64,000 bases of DNA, taken from Octopus bimaculoides. Its lineage: Eukaryota. Below are positions 1-13,197 of the stretch, in pieces. How positions within the stretch are numbered: position 1 is the stretch's first letter; each line of letters starts with the position of its first letter. The DNA is taken from the NCBI RefSeq assembly GCF_001194135.2, contig NC_069003.1, forward strand, positions 19,670,188 through 19,734,187, given 5' to 3'. The notes below the pieces were generated by a model. That model saw only the letters and a list, made by a program, of their open reading frames with translations. It had not been told where the DNA came from and searched no databases. A program made the position numbers and the translations under genes.

Positions 1-39
1 ACTTAACTGGCCCAGACATGCATGGCTGCAATCTCACTT

Positions 40-1240
40 TAGTTGCCAAGTCTTCTCAATCACAGCATATCTCCAAAGGTCTCGGTCTCCTATCATTGCC
101 TCTATGAGGCCCAATGTTCGAAGGTCAGGTTTTCACTACCTCATCCCATGTCTTCCTGAGTCTACCTCTTCCACAGGTTCCTTCCACACTTAGGGAGTGG
201 CACTTCCTTATGTAGCTGTCCTCATCCATACATAATACATGACCATACCAGCACAGTCATTTCTCTTACACACCACATTTGATGCTTCTTATGCCCAACT
301 TTTCTCTCAGGGTGGTTACACTCTGTTGCGTATGCACACTGACATTACACATCCAGCGGATCATACTAGCTTCATTTCTTTCAAGCCTACACATGTCCTC
401 AGCAGTCATGGCCCATGTTTCATTACTGTGTAGCATGGCAGTTCGCACACATGCATCATACAGTCTGCCTTTCATCCTGAGCGAGAGGCCTTTAGTTGCC
501 AGCAGAGGTAGGAGCTCCCTGAACTTTGCCCAGGCTATTCTTATTCTAGCTGCTACATTCTCAGAGCAACCACCCCCACTACAAACTTGGTCACCTAAGT
601 AGCAGAAGCTATTAGCTACTTCTAGTTTCTCTCCCTGGCATGTGATCGAATCTGTTTTCTGTACATCTTCAGTGTTTATTCACCCAGTGCATCTGCCACA
701 CCAAAAAACTATCTTCCTGGTTAGCCTTCCTTTGATATTGCTGCGACTTTTATGTGTCTGTAGCTTATACTGGGTACATCATATAGAGTTTCTACCCATG
801 CCTTTTCTATTGAACAGGGCCATCTACCTGAAGGGGATTGTGGTTTGACAGCCTTCCTACTTACTAAGACTTTGCTTCTTGCTAGGTTGACCCTAAGACC
901 CTTTGATTCTAGACCTTGCTTCCACACCCTAAACTTCATCTCTAGTTCTGGCAGTGATTCAGCTATTAGGGCTAGGTCGTCAGCATAGAGGAGCTCCCAG
1001 GGACAGCCTGTCTTGAATTCCTCTGTTATTGCCTGGAGGACTATAATTAATAAGAGGGGGCTGAGGACTAATCCTTGGTGGACCCCTACTTCAACTCAGA
1101 ATTCTTCATTGTACTTGTTGATACCTCTATAGTTATTTGTATTTAAAGCATCACCTTTATCCTTGTAGCAGTTGACTATGGTGCTGCTACACCAGTCATT
1201 GGGTATGACTCCTTTGTGAACCACCTGATTTACAATGTGT
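40..1240 (-). mobile_element. RTE-clade LINE, degenerate 3' fragment (RT domain to C-terminus)
   Basis: Minus strand reads EFKTGCPWELLYADDLALIAES...MKFRVWKQGLESKGLRVNL and KGRLYDACVRTAMLHSNETW, with frameshifts. Confidence 0.9.
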
Positions 1241-1744
1241 GTGACAAGACCATAACCCACAATGCCTGATATTTTAAGCTTCTCAGTGAGTGCTGGCTAT
1301 AATTTCTATAGAAAATCTATAGAGATAACCTAAGCAAAACAGAAAGAGTAAGAAAAAACAGCCCCACTGTGTTTAAGTGTGGGGAGTATGTATAAAATGC
1401 ACATACAACATACATACCCACACACTTGTTTTTACATATATTTCAAATGCCTGTACTATTATTACAATATATAGTTAGTTCTATATAGACACATCATGAC
1501 CAAAAGGTTAAGTTTGCTTTACAATCATGAGGTCCGAGGTTCAATCCTAATCTGTGGCATTTTGAGAGCAAAACTGAATTGATGGAAATTGTGTGGAAGC
1601 CTGTCAGACGGATTGTGCTTCTGATTCAAAGGCTCAGCTGTATCACACTGATTCTCTCTGGCAATTATATTATCAGTACACATATTTGTAGAATACTCAG
1701 CCATTTCAATAATTCAAAGAATATGTAGCAGAGTTGCTTGAATT

Positions 1745-2320
1745 GAATACTCATGTAGTCTCCAGTGTGGAACACCTCTCCTACCCAAAATATCAATGAA
1801 CTGGGAGTTGTCCAAAGATGAGCAACCTGACAAATACACTGTGGCCATCAACAACACTGCATCAACACACATAGGCCCACAAGATTACCCATCATCTTTC
1901 CAATAACCTGTTTACTACATGCAATACTTGTGTCTAAAGCTTCTTGAAAATAATAATCCTTCTTTGGCAACATAATTATCTAATCTGGTCATAATTTATT
2001 TTCAAATCTAATAATGGAATTCAATACCTCTACCACTTGTAGAGCTGCTTATAAAATCAAAATAACAGCACAACATTCATGACTTTCACAAACATTTTAT
2101 CACAAACAGAGCCGTTGAAGCATGGAATAAACTACCCGCTTCAGTTGTTAGCTGTCAGGACACTGTATCCTTCGAAAATTCCATGCTTCCCTAAATTTTC
2201 CAACACTACTTCTTCCTCTTTATGACTCTTTTACTGTTCACTTTGCTGTCTTTTTTGTTACATCCGGTGTACTGTGCATATACTTCTACATTTCATTGCT
2301 CTTTCTTTACTTGAATAATG
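1745..2320 (+). mobile_element. CR1-clade LINE 3' fragment
   Basis: SPVWNTSPTQNINELGVVQR*AT and FITNRAVEAWNKLPASVVSCQDT match CR1 ORF2 C-terminal motifs. The 3' part recurs at ~31990-32270. Confidence 0.75.
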
Positions 2321-2354
2321 TCTGTTCTCTCTCCTGTTTTAGTATTTTCTGATG

Positions 2355-2960
2355 TGTTGAGAATTATTAGCACACTGGGCAAAATGCTTTTAGTATTTCT
2401 TCTGGCTCTTCAAATTCCACCCAAACTTGACTTTACTTTTCATCTTTTCAGGGTCGATAAAATAAGTACCTGTTGTATACTGGGAGGGGGGGGACAATGT
2501 AATAATGTAATTGACTCAACCTTTCTCACAAAATTTCAGGCTTTGTGCCTATTGTATGCTGGGTAAAATGTTTAGCAGCTTTCTATCTGTCCATTTCAAA
2601 TTCTGCTGAGGTTGACTTTGCCATTCATCCTTTCAGGGTTGATGAAATAAGTACCAGTTACGCACTGAGATCGATGTAATCGACTAGCCCCCATCACCCC
2701 CAAATTTCAGGCTTTGGGCCTACCAAGAAAGGATTATCATTGGTATTATAAAGGCAGTGAGCTGGCAGAATCATTAGCATGCTGGGCAAATTGCTTAGCA
2801 GCATTTCATCCATCTTCAGGTTCTGAGTTCAAATTCCAGCAAAGTCGACTTTGCCTTTCATCCTTTTGAGATCGATTAAATAAGTACCAGTAAAGAACCG
2901 GAGTCAATGCAATCATCTTACTCCCTCACCAAAATTGCTGGCTTTGTGCCAAAATTTGAA

Positions 2961-3027
<67 letters not shown>
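2355..3027 (+). mobile_element. Three head-to-tail copies of tRNA-derived SINE family A, ending in (ATT)n
   Basis: Repeated core gactttgcctttcatcctttc(a/g)gggtcgataaaataagtaccag, head ggcagtgagctggcagaatc(g/a)ttagc, B-box-like gagttcaaattcc, (ATT)n tail at ~2960-3027. Confidence 0.85.
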
Positions 3028-3029
<2 letters not shown>

Positions 3030-3094
3030 AGAAGATCCATTTAATTCTATACATTCACTGAAAAAAATCAACATTTAATTTTTTCTTTATTCTA

Positions 3095-3386
3095 TACTAA
3101 GGTACTACATAAGCACCTGCTTCACTAAAAATAGAAGTTAAAATACTCCTAAGTTACAGAAGAATCATTAAATTAATACAGGCATGATAGGAAAAAAAAT
3201 TTAGTGAATAAGAATAGTGTCATACCTCTGCAAAGGAGTTGCAGAAGGAATGTCAGTTAATCTGATATTATGATTTCAAATTTAGCATCAAAAGCACCTG
3301 TTTAAATTTAGTGATTCTTCTGTGGCTTAGGAGTATTTTGACTTCTATTTTTAGCAAATCAGGTGCTTATGTAGTACCCTAGAGTA
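3095..3386. mobile_element. Foldback / MITE-like element with ~82-90 bp inverted arms, TA-flanked
   Basis: 3101-3182 matches the reverse complement of 3297-3378 at 73/82 positions. The ends read TA|TACT...AGTA|TA. Confidence 0.7.
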
Positions 3387-4382
3387 TATAATATATTTAT
3401 ATATCTTATATATAAATGTATGTATGTACACATACATAAATGTATACATGTATGAGTGGATTTGTGATAGAGAGGCGGAGAGATGGGGGAGGAGGCACTT
3501 AGTTTGCTTTTCCCCTCTCATTCCCCCCACCCAACGCCCACTTTTAAACTGAAACTATTTTTCTGAAAAGTAACAAAATAATAAAACAAACCATGTTATA
3601 ATATTATTTTACTGTTGAAAGAATACGCATTAAATCAAACTGCATCTTTTTTTTTTTTTGTGCATGCATGTGTGTGTGTGTTTGGGGGAGGGGTGCTTTC
3701 CCCTCCCTGCCAGTACTGCATCATTTTGAGAAATAATCCCCTCTGTTAAGGTTACAGAGAAGTACAAGTTAATCTAGTTTAGACATTTTCTTTTCAAAAG
3801 AAAAATCTTTCTCCCTCTCTGCCCTCTCTTTTCAGTTCATTCTTCTTAACTCTGATATTCTGAATGAAAGAAATACAACAACGATGATGATGATGATGAT
3901 GAACAAAAACCAGAAATGCTGCACCTTACCCAGCCACCCCCACCCAAGCTAAATCAACTCTAAGCCTTAGTTTCCTTTATAATGGTGAATTCAGAACATG
4001 TTGCTGTTGCTCAGCCCCAGGTTTGTTCTGACTGAACAAGTCTATGATTAAGAGTGTTCCAGCCATGACTATTCCTCCTCACTTTTAATGTATCAAGGAC
4101 TGCATTATCAACTGTCTCCCCCATTCCTTTTTTGTTTTAAATGATAAAGAATTCAGAGACATACAGTACTTGCTGCCACAGAATGTTCTGCTAGTTTTGC
4201 TGAACCTATTCATCTGGCACAAGAATAACAACATACCAACTTTAGGCTATTTTTGTTACATAATACAAATTAAATCTGGATTAATCTTTATTTCTGAGTG
4301 TGTATTATTAGACTTGTAAACAAATTATGGTGAGATTAAATCAGGGTATTACAAGGACTGATTTTTTTTTAATTTTTTTTTA

Positions 4383-4387
<5 letters not shown>

Positions 4388-4480
<93 letters not shown>
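4388..4480. repeat. (ATT)n directly followed by (AAT)n: palindromic microsatellite
   Basis: Direct reading of the sequence. Confidence 0.95.
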
Positions 4481-4483
4481 TTA

Positions 4484-4696
4484 AAGGTGGTGAGCTGGCA
4501 GAATCGTTAGCATGTTGGATGAAATGCTTAGTGGTATTTCACTCATTGCTATGTTCTGAGCTCAAATTCCACCAATGTTGATTTTGCCTTTCATTCTATG
4601 AGGGTCAATGAAATAAGCATCAGTTACGCGCTGGGGTCGGTGAAATCAACTATCTCACTGCCCCAAATTTCAGGCTTCGTGCCTATAGTACAAAGG

Positions 4697-4737
<41 letters not shown>

Positions 4738-4885
4738 GTTCTGAGTTCAAATTCTGCCAGGGTCGACTTTGCTTTTCATCCTTTCATGGTTGATAAATTA
4801 TGTACCAGTCAAGTACTGGGGGTCGATGTGATCAACTTACCCCCTCCCCACATATTTCAGGCCTTGTGTTTGTATAGCAGAAAGG

Positions 4886-4935
<50 letters not shown>

Positions 4936-4955
4936 CATCATCATCATTATTATTC
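4484..4955 (+). mobile_element. SINE family A: one full copy plus one 5'-truncated copy, each with an (ATT)n tail
   Basis: Head aaggtggtgagctggcagaatcgttagc, same core as 2355-3027. Confidence 0.85.
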
Positions 4956-5319
4956 ATGACATTCAAACCTTCCCAAGAAGTATAACTAATGTCATGCATC
5001 TGTTGTTTCCAACAATGGCCAAGAGGGCAACACATTATTTCCTATAGTCATCACAACTGTATTAACCAGACAATCAGATGTTATACACCACTGGTCACAA
5101 TGCATTTGTTTACATTGTTGTAGCTTTCAAATAATGCCACCCTGCTGGCTAGGTGGACAGGCTTGTATAGTCATTATAGTCACCCAGATTGCTTAATGTA
5201 TGGCCTTTCAGCTGATCAGCATAAAATCACTCACAAGTGTCCTCCGGCCTCTGGCCTACAGGTATGTCCTCTCCTTTCTATTTCTTGCTTTTCTACAGCT
5301 ACTATAATGGTTTCATACT

Positions 5320-5530
5320 CTGGCACAAGGCCAGCAATTTCAGGGGAATTGAGTAAGTCGATTACATTGACCTCAGTATTCAACTGGTACTTATTTTATT
5401 GACCCCCAAAAGGATGACAGGCAAAGCTGACCTTGGCAGAATTTAAACTCAGAACATGAAAACAGACAAAATACCAATAAGCATTTTGCCTGGCATGCTA
5501 ACAATTCTGCCAACTTGCTGCCTTTACTGC
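5320..5530 (-). mobile_element. SINE family A (antisense copy)
   Basis: ctggtacttattttattgacccccaaaaggatgacaggcaaagctgacc is the reverse complement of the family core. Further minus copies lie at ~6700-6800, 11170-11260, 19680-19820, 20670-20810, 26660-26770, 34945-35160, 35625-35750, 37150-37335 and 45145-45320. Confidence 0.85.
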
Positions 5531-6099
5531 TACTATAATGGCCTTGTGTTCCTCAGAGGTGTTTGATCGCATAATGCCATCACTCAAGCAATCTTGACTA
5601 ACTAGTCCCCCTTCCTCTCATCACCCATGTCATGTCCAACCACCCAAGCCCTGTACTAACTATTACACTCAGTCCTTTTACCCTCAATAACACTGCCTGC
5701 CCCACTTCACCTGGAATTTTCCTCAGCTTGTGTCTTTTCTAGCAGGTGTCAATTTGCAATAGTTTCAAACATAACATTTAACAACATCAATCTCACACCT
5801 GTCTAAAAGGGCCTGTAAAGGTGATGGGCACCACGCCTTCTTCCAGAGCCAGCAAGATAAAAAGAAAAACACATCAAAAATAAAACAAACATCACTCAAA
5901 TTGATTAATGTAATATTTCAGCCTTGCTGAACCAAATCAATAACCTTATATCTATAGGTTATAGTTCAATAGATTAAATTCCAAGTATCAGTGATCAAAA
6001 GAATTCTGGCTGAAACAAATGAAGGTGAAGTGGGGGGGGGGTTATTATTTTTTTTTTTACAGTGACCAAAAAAGCAATTAGAGAATAGTAGATACTTAC

Positions 6100-6234
6100 G
6101 TTGTCTGCGACACCACCTGGTAAAATGGTTTTAACCACAACACCAGTGCTCTTGCCCCCAAAGATTCCGAACCCCAATCCAGTGCCATCGTTAACCAAAT
6201 CTATGACCTCAATTTGAGTCCAATCTGTGTTTAA
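6100..6234 (-). CDS. MPDZ: Internal coding exon of a multi-PDZ scaffold (MPDZ/MUPP1/Patj family), N-terminal half of PDZ2
   Basis: Translates [45 protein letters not shown] (45 aa). It has the GLGF carboxylate-binding loop and closely resembles MPDZ/Patj PDZ2 ([31 protein letters not shown]). Acceptor ttttattgtttcag| and donor AAC|GTAAGT are canonical; phase 0-0. MPDZ versus Patj/InaDL cannot be resolved from one exon. Confidence 0.9.
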
Positions 6235-6449
6235 CTGAAACAATAAAAATTGGAAAATAATTATACATATGGAAGTGAGTAATAGTCTGTGTTTATGTGT
6301 ATGTATACACATACACACCGTATACATATATATACACACATACATTCTTGTATGAGTCAAGAAACTGTCTGCATTTGTGTATGTGTATATACACATAAAA
6401 ATTTATATAAAGAGAGACAGAGCAGTAAAAGGAAAGAAAGATGCAAAAG

Positions 6450-6488
<39 letters not shown>

Positions 6489-8639
6489 CACACGCACACA
6501 TACATGCATACAACATACATACTGTAAGAGAAAGACTGGAAGGAGAAAGAGGGAGAGCTTATATTCGATCAACTGAATCATGTCAATATTGATGTTTCTG
6601 ACAAGGAACAAAGCCCCATTATCCCCACCACCATAAAAACCACCAGCACCACTCCCCACCATTAAAGGATGGCAGGAAAGTGAAAGTGAGAAAGAGTAGG
6701 GGATACATAAATGAATTGACCTCAGTATTATATTATATTATGTTACATCGATATTTCTTTTATCAACCTCAGAAAAGTTAAAAGGCATAATTGACTTGTT
6801 CCAAATGATTTGGAATCAGAAAAATATGACTTGCTAATCTAGACAATGGTAAAAATAGCCTTGACGGCCACAGAGTTCCGTGTTTATTACTCCCTTACAA
6901 ACAAAAGTAGATTACAGTGATAAAAGAGAGAGAAGGAAAGTAGTTGACTGAAAAATGCTGTTATATGGAGGATTGGAGCTATTTTTGCTTTTGTCTTGTT
7001 TTTGAATACTGGAATGCCAAAAGAAAAATTGACCCTTTTAGAAGTGAACTCACACACATGAAGAAGCAAAATGGAGAGCACGGATTTGTACCAATTGCAA
7101 TGATCTTGACTGCTTTCTTTTATACAATGTATATTTATAACTGTGTATGTGTGTACGTGTATATTACACACACACATCTTTATCCTTCATTTGTTTCAGT
7201 TATTGGACTGTGGCCATGTAGGGGCACCACCTTGAAGAAGTTTTAGTTGAACTCCAGTACTTATTGTCTTTTAAAACTTAATACTTATTCTATTGGTCTC
7301 TTTTATTTATCAAACTACTAAGTTGCAAGGATGTAAACACACCAACACCAACTGTCAAGCAGTGGCGGGGGACAAACACAAACAGACATCTTCTATAGTT
7401 AAAATTCTTCTACACACACACACAATGCGTATGTATTTAAGTGCAAATATGGCTGTATGATGAAGAAGCTAATTGGCAGCCACACAGTTTTAAAGTTGGT
7501 CCCACTGGAAACAGCTGTAAAAAAATCTGCCCCAACAAATTCTATCCAACTTATGCAAGTATGGAAAAGTGGATGTTTATCCAATGATATAATGATGATA
7601 CTCCTTTTGTGTGTGTGTGTTTGATCTTTTTTTAGTATTTATTCATTTATTTGGTTTTTCATCCATTTTGCCATTATGGCACAGAACAAACAAAACTTGC
7701 AAAGGTAGACTTTTCTTTACCTAAATGTACATCTGATTGTCTAAATAAGGTATTTTCATTCCACTAATTCTCACATAGTGAAAACAAAACTAAGGAACTT
7801 TGGCTTACTAGGTAATGTAAACAGAGACACTCCCTTTTGCTGAGGTAATTCTAATAAGAATATGAAAATGATATTCACACACATACATATAACCACAAGA
7901 GTTTCAAGTTCAGTCCCACTGTGTGGCACCTTGAGCAAGTGTCTTATACTATAGCCCAAGACTAACCGATGCTTTGTAAGTTGATTTGGGAGGAAACTGC
8001 AGGGAGCTCATTGTGTGTGTGTGTGTGTGTGAGAGTGTTGATATTTCATTTGTCGTTTTAGTGAAACGGTGGTGATGCTTGTATTCCCTGTTGACATTAT
8101 GAATGGCTGCTCTGTGCTTTCAAAGACATATGCTGTGGATTGGAAGATCCCTTACTTGTAAAATAAGAGAGGTTTGGTGGCAGGAAGAGCATCCAGCTGC
8201 AAAATCCTATCTCTAAATCAAATCCTGTCCAAGCCATGCAAACATGTTAAACCCAAAGCCAGCATGGAAGACAGATGTAAAGTGATAATGATCATCATCA
8301 TCTTCATATGTGTGTTTGATGATACAAACAGGAAAAACAAATGTCAGAACATGAAATAGAGCAAAGAGGTGGAGTTTTTTTTGTTATTTACATAGGTGAA
8401 GCAACACTGGAGACTCAAGGGATTAGAGTTTCATGCAAAAGAAAATATCGAACTCAACATGATTTAAATGTTTGTATTAATGCATTGAAAAAGGAGAAAA
8501 AAAAACTTTTTCAAATAAAGAACTCTTGAAAATATTAGCAAACAAACTTGTGTTAATGGAAACTCAGAAGAAATTATTTGGTAGTTAAAAGTATACTTCA
8601 GTACATTCACAACCCCCACCACCACCACATATAGATAAT

Positions 8640-8670
<31 letters not shown>

Positions 8671-9946
8671 GCATGCATGTGTATTATTTCATACAAGATA
8701 TATACTGCAATGTGTAAAGTGCACAGGCATAGACATGTACATACTTAAATGCACTCAAATAAAAATTGGTTACTTGTTTATTTTTAAAATTTGGGTTTGG
8801 GGATTTCTATTTTTTTTATTTTCTCGAACTGCGTGCTTTGTTACATATGCATACATGCATGCATCTACACATGCATACATATGCACATATACCATATACA
8901 CATATTCATACATAAACACACCTAAATTTACACATACATGTACTTAGACATAAATATATACACACACACATATACAATACATATATACATATACATACGT
9001 ATATATATATACATACATACATACACATGAACTACATATTTATACATAAATACTACACATTTATACATAAATACACACGCATGCATATGCACATGCATGT
9101 ATAACCATACACAAATACACACACACCATACCACCCATATTGAACAAAGTACAACTTTAATAATAATAAAAAACAGCCTAAAATACCAAATTTGTTTATT
9201 ATCATTCATAACCATGAAACCAGCAACTAATCATTTTTTCATCTTCATTTATTATAATCACTACTACAATTACTACTACCAATCATTATTGTTGTTGTTG
9301 TTGTGGTTGTTATTATTATGATTGCTGTTGTTACTACTTTAATCAAAGTGGTTTTCTTTGTATTGATCAAATAAATCGGCAATGATAAAATTACTGACTT
9401 CAGAATTGATTGTAGAAATTACTGCTCCACACATGTACATCTACATGTTAAACCCCACTGCCACCACCATTACTGCTTCCATCTCCTTCTCGTTATCGTC
9501 AGCAAGTTCACAAGCAATGTGCCGCCATGTAATTAGCATACCATTCATAGAAGCAACTCATTTGCCTGTAGTTCACTATATATCCTCTTCTAACATGTAA
9601 CTTTATTTAGCCCATCTCAATACCAACCTGCTGAAGTCCCATTACTGATACTAAGATGCAAGTATTCTAAATTTTCAAGTGTTTGTGTTTCAAATTGGAA
9701 ACCTCTCGTAATTTTATGAAAAGAAACTCTTCAGTAAGCGGTCAGTCTCCACCATTTCATTCCATGCCTTCCTAAGTCTACCTCTACCACAGCTTCCATA
9801 AACTTAATGTGCTCAATACTTTTTTAATACAAATAACTTCTATTAGCATCATGAGTCTGTACCAGAGCATTTTTATCTGTTGCAGAATCCAATTTTTCTT
9901 GACCCTCAATTTGTTTGTGCTTTACTGTTCACACAGCTTAACACTC

Positions 9947-10332
9947 TTTTACTTGTTTCAGTCATTTGACTGTGGCCATGCTAGAGCACCGCCTTTAGTC
10001 GAGCATATTGACCCCGGGACTTATTCTTTGTAAGCCTAGTACTTATTCTATCGGTCTCTTTTGCCGAACCGCTAAGTGATGGGGACATAAACACACCAGC
10101 ATCGGTTGTGAAGCAATGCTAGGGGAACAAACACAGACACACAAACACACATATATATATACATATATATGACAAGTTTCTTTCAGTTTCCGTCTACCAA
10201 ATCCACTCACAAGGCTTTGGTTGGCCCGAGGCTATAGTAGAAGACACTTGCCCAAGATGCCACGCAGTGGGACTGAACCTGGAGCCATGTGGTTGGTAAG
10301 CAAGCTACTTACCACACAGTCACTCCTGCGCC
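9947..10332 (-). mobile_element. tRNA-derived SINE family B, near full length and young
   Basis: Head GGCGCAGGAGTGACTGTGTGGTAAG...GGTTCAGTCCCACTG has A/B-box-like motifs. Internal (TA)/(TG) microsatellite; tail cagtcaaatgactgaaacaagtaaaaga; CpGs retained. Confidence 0.9.
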
Positions 10333-10334
10333 TA

Positions 10335-10500
10335 AAACAGTACATATCCAGTAGAGTAAGCTCACCTCGTTTCTTCCCACCTGTTGCAAACCTTCCCTTT
10401 TCAAGGCCCACATCTTCCTATCATGCTGCACTGCAATTCATACAACTGAACATCATACAAACTTTTGTTGCTAGCAGAGGTTATAAACTCCTAGTCTTTT
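10335..10500 (-). mobile_element. Short RTE LINE fragment
   Basis: Similar to the plus-strand segments at 430-520 and 31280-31360. Confidence 0.5.
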
Positions 10501-11769
10501 AATTTTTATTTTAAATATTCATTTCGTGAAGTTCAGTATTGTTGGAATAATCAAATCACTGGTTTTCTGCATTTCTGATGGCCCAGAATGGTAAGAAAGC
10601 AAATTAGGTATCAAAAATTGTTTTTAATCTTAAATTCTTTTTCATCCAAACCAATACAATTAATTAACTGCTGATAGCTGTTACTAATGCAGAAATGATG
10701 AAAGTCTTTTTATAAGAAAATAATATGGCCAAATTTTGGTAGAGATGAAATATTGTTAATGGGACTTATACCACCACTCATGAGCAAGTATGACCTAGTA
10801 GCTTGTACCACACTTTTGCTAGTTGTTTTATGCATCCATGTAGTCACAGGTAGACATAGGCACCATCTTTACTTACACTTTTAACCTAGTAGAACACTAG
10901 AGAGAGCTGCACCAGTACTAGGTTGGAATTAATTTCCAGTTGAGCAGACGAGAATACCTTACTCAAGGACACAATGAGCTGTCTGGTCCAGGAGTCAAAC
11001 CCATGACCTAACAATCAAGAACACAATAGCTTAACCACAGAGCTGTATATTTTCATGTAAACATTAGCTATTAAAATAATTTTAAAAAATCTGGATACAT
11101 TTAATAAAATAACTTTATCTTTATTCTATTTAAATTTCATGCACAACCAGGATGTGTTATAGAAACCAACCGCAATACTCAAAGGGCATTTTATTTTATC
11201 AATCCCAGAAAGACATAAATGAAGTTGATCCTAGTAGGATTTGAACTCAGAATGTAACTAATTTTTTCTTTATTAAATGAGTGAATAGAATGTAATTTCA
11301 AAAAGATTCTTTAACTAATTTTTTTTAAACTGATTTTTTTTTTTTTTTCTGTTCTGCTTGCTGTGTCTGAAGGAAGGAGCAGTGCCCTCAAGCCTTTTCA
11401 AGCCCAACAAGACAGGTGAGGTTGGTGTTGTTAATGTTTCATTTAAAGTGCTGCTGGTCAACACCGACAAGAAAGGCATGAGCAGGAAAAAGATACTAAA
11501 AGGAAGATGTTCAATGGGAGGAAGGACTGAGTGTATACATTAGAACAGAGGCTAGGGCACTGGACACAACAAGTGTGATAAGAGGTGGAGAGATTGTGGT
11601 GGTAAGGGTGCTTGGATGCAAAAAGTACAAGACTATCAAGCTCCAAGAAACAGAGCCATTATAGGAATGATAGAAAAGGTAGTGACAGGAAACAGAATGT
11701 TGGTGGGTCAGAGAGAAGAGCATGTCTGGCATTATTTAATGCCAATCATATGGCTCTTCCAAGTCTTTC

Positions 11770-12305
11770 ACTGCCTGTGGCTCTGGGATTGTAGTGCCTT
11801 CGGGTCCTGTAAATATACATTGTACTGCATTTCTACTGAGTTTATATTGCAGCACTTGAAATTTTTCAGCATTAAACTGCATGTTGCTTATTTCAGCCCA
11901 CTTGTACACTGAGTTCAGGTCCTGTTGTAAGCTTGTAACAACCTCTTGGTTTTTTACTGCCTGTGATAATTTTGTGTCATCAGCATAGCTAGGGACAGTG
12001 GCTGTCCAAGTGACTGTCGGCATGTTTAAGAAGGCTATTCTGAACAGAAAGGGTGCCATTGGCTGCAACTACCTGACTTCTGTCTTTAATGAAGTCATGC
12101 AGCCACTCTCCCAGTTTACCAGTGATGCCAAGGTCTTGTAGCTTATGACTTATCGTGCCATGATCTACTTTATCAAAGGCCTTTGCAAAGTCAAGATATA
12201 TCACACTGACATCTGAATAGTCAAGCAGCTGTTTCAAAACCCAGTCATAGTGCTGAAGGAGCTGTGTGAGGCAGCTTCTTCCTGGGTGGAAGCCATGCTG
12301 AGGAT
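11770..12305 (-). mobile_element. CR1-like LINE reverse-transcriptase fragment
   Basis: QHGFHPGRSCLTQLL...VIYLDFAKAFDKVDH...KLGEWLHDFIKDRSQVV and YADDTKL...LQQDLNSVYKWAEISNMQFNAEKFQVL. Frameshifted, and truncated by a (TA)n tract. Confidence 0.9.
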
Positions 12306-12510
12306 TGTTCATATAATACATATATATTATACATACATACTTATTTATATATATATTATACCTATATATACACATATATGTATAATACACACATATATTA
12401 TATATAGTATACCTATATATACACATATATGTATAACACATACATATATATATATATATATAGTATACCTATATATATATATATATGTATAAAATATACA
12501 TATATATTAT

Positions 12511-12552
<42 letters not shown>

Positions 12553-12634
12553 CACACATATATATTATACCTATATATACATATATATATGTATAATACA
12601 TANNNNNNNNNNATATATATATATATATTTCCCC

Positions 12635-12994
12635 TAAAGTTTGCTTCAGTCATTTGACTGCGGCCTTGCTGGAGCACCACCTTTAGTTGAGCAAATCAAC
12701 CCCAGCACTTATTCTTTGTATGCCTAGTACTTATTCTATTGGTCTCTTTTGCTAAACCACTAAGTTATGGGGACATAAACACACCAGCATCGGTTGTCAA
12801 GCGATGTTGGGGGCACAAATACAGACACAGACACACACACATATAATATATGCATATACAACAGGCTTTTTTCAGTTTCCATCTNNNNNNNNNNNNNNNN
12901 NNNNNNNNNNNNNNNNNNNNNNNNNNNNNNNNNNNNNNNNNNNNNNNNNNNNNNNNNNNNNNNNNNNTACCACACAGCCACTCCTGTATGTATA

Positions 12995-13027
<33 letters not shown>

Positions 13028-13159
13028 ATATACATATATATATATATATAGACATACATATTATACCTATATACACATATATATGTATAATACACCTATA
13101 TAAACATAGGTATGTATAATACATATATATATATATGTATATGTATATATATATGCATG

Positions 13160-13197
<38 letters not shown>

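Noticed and set aside
10270-10332. tRNA-like A/B boxes
   Set aside because: These are SINE heads without a complete cloverleaf. No true tRNA or rRNA genes were seen.
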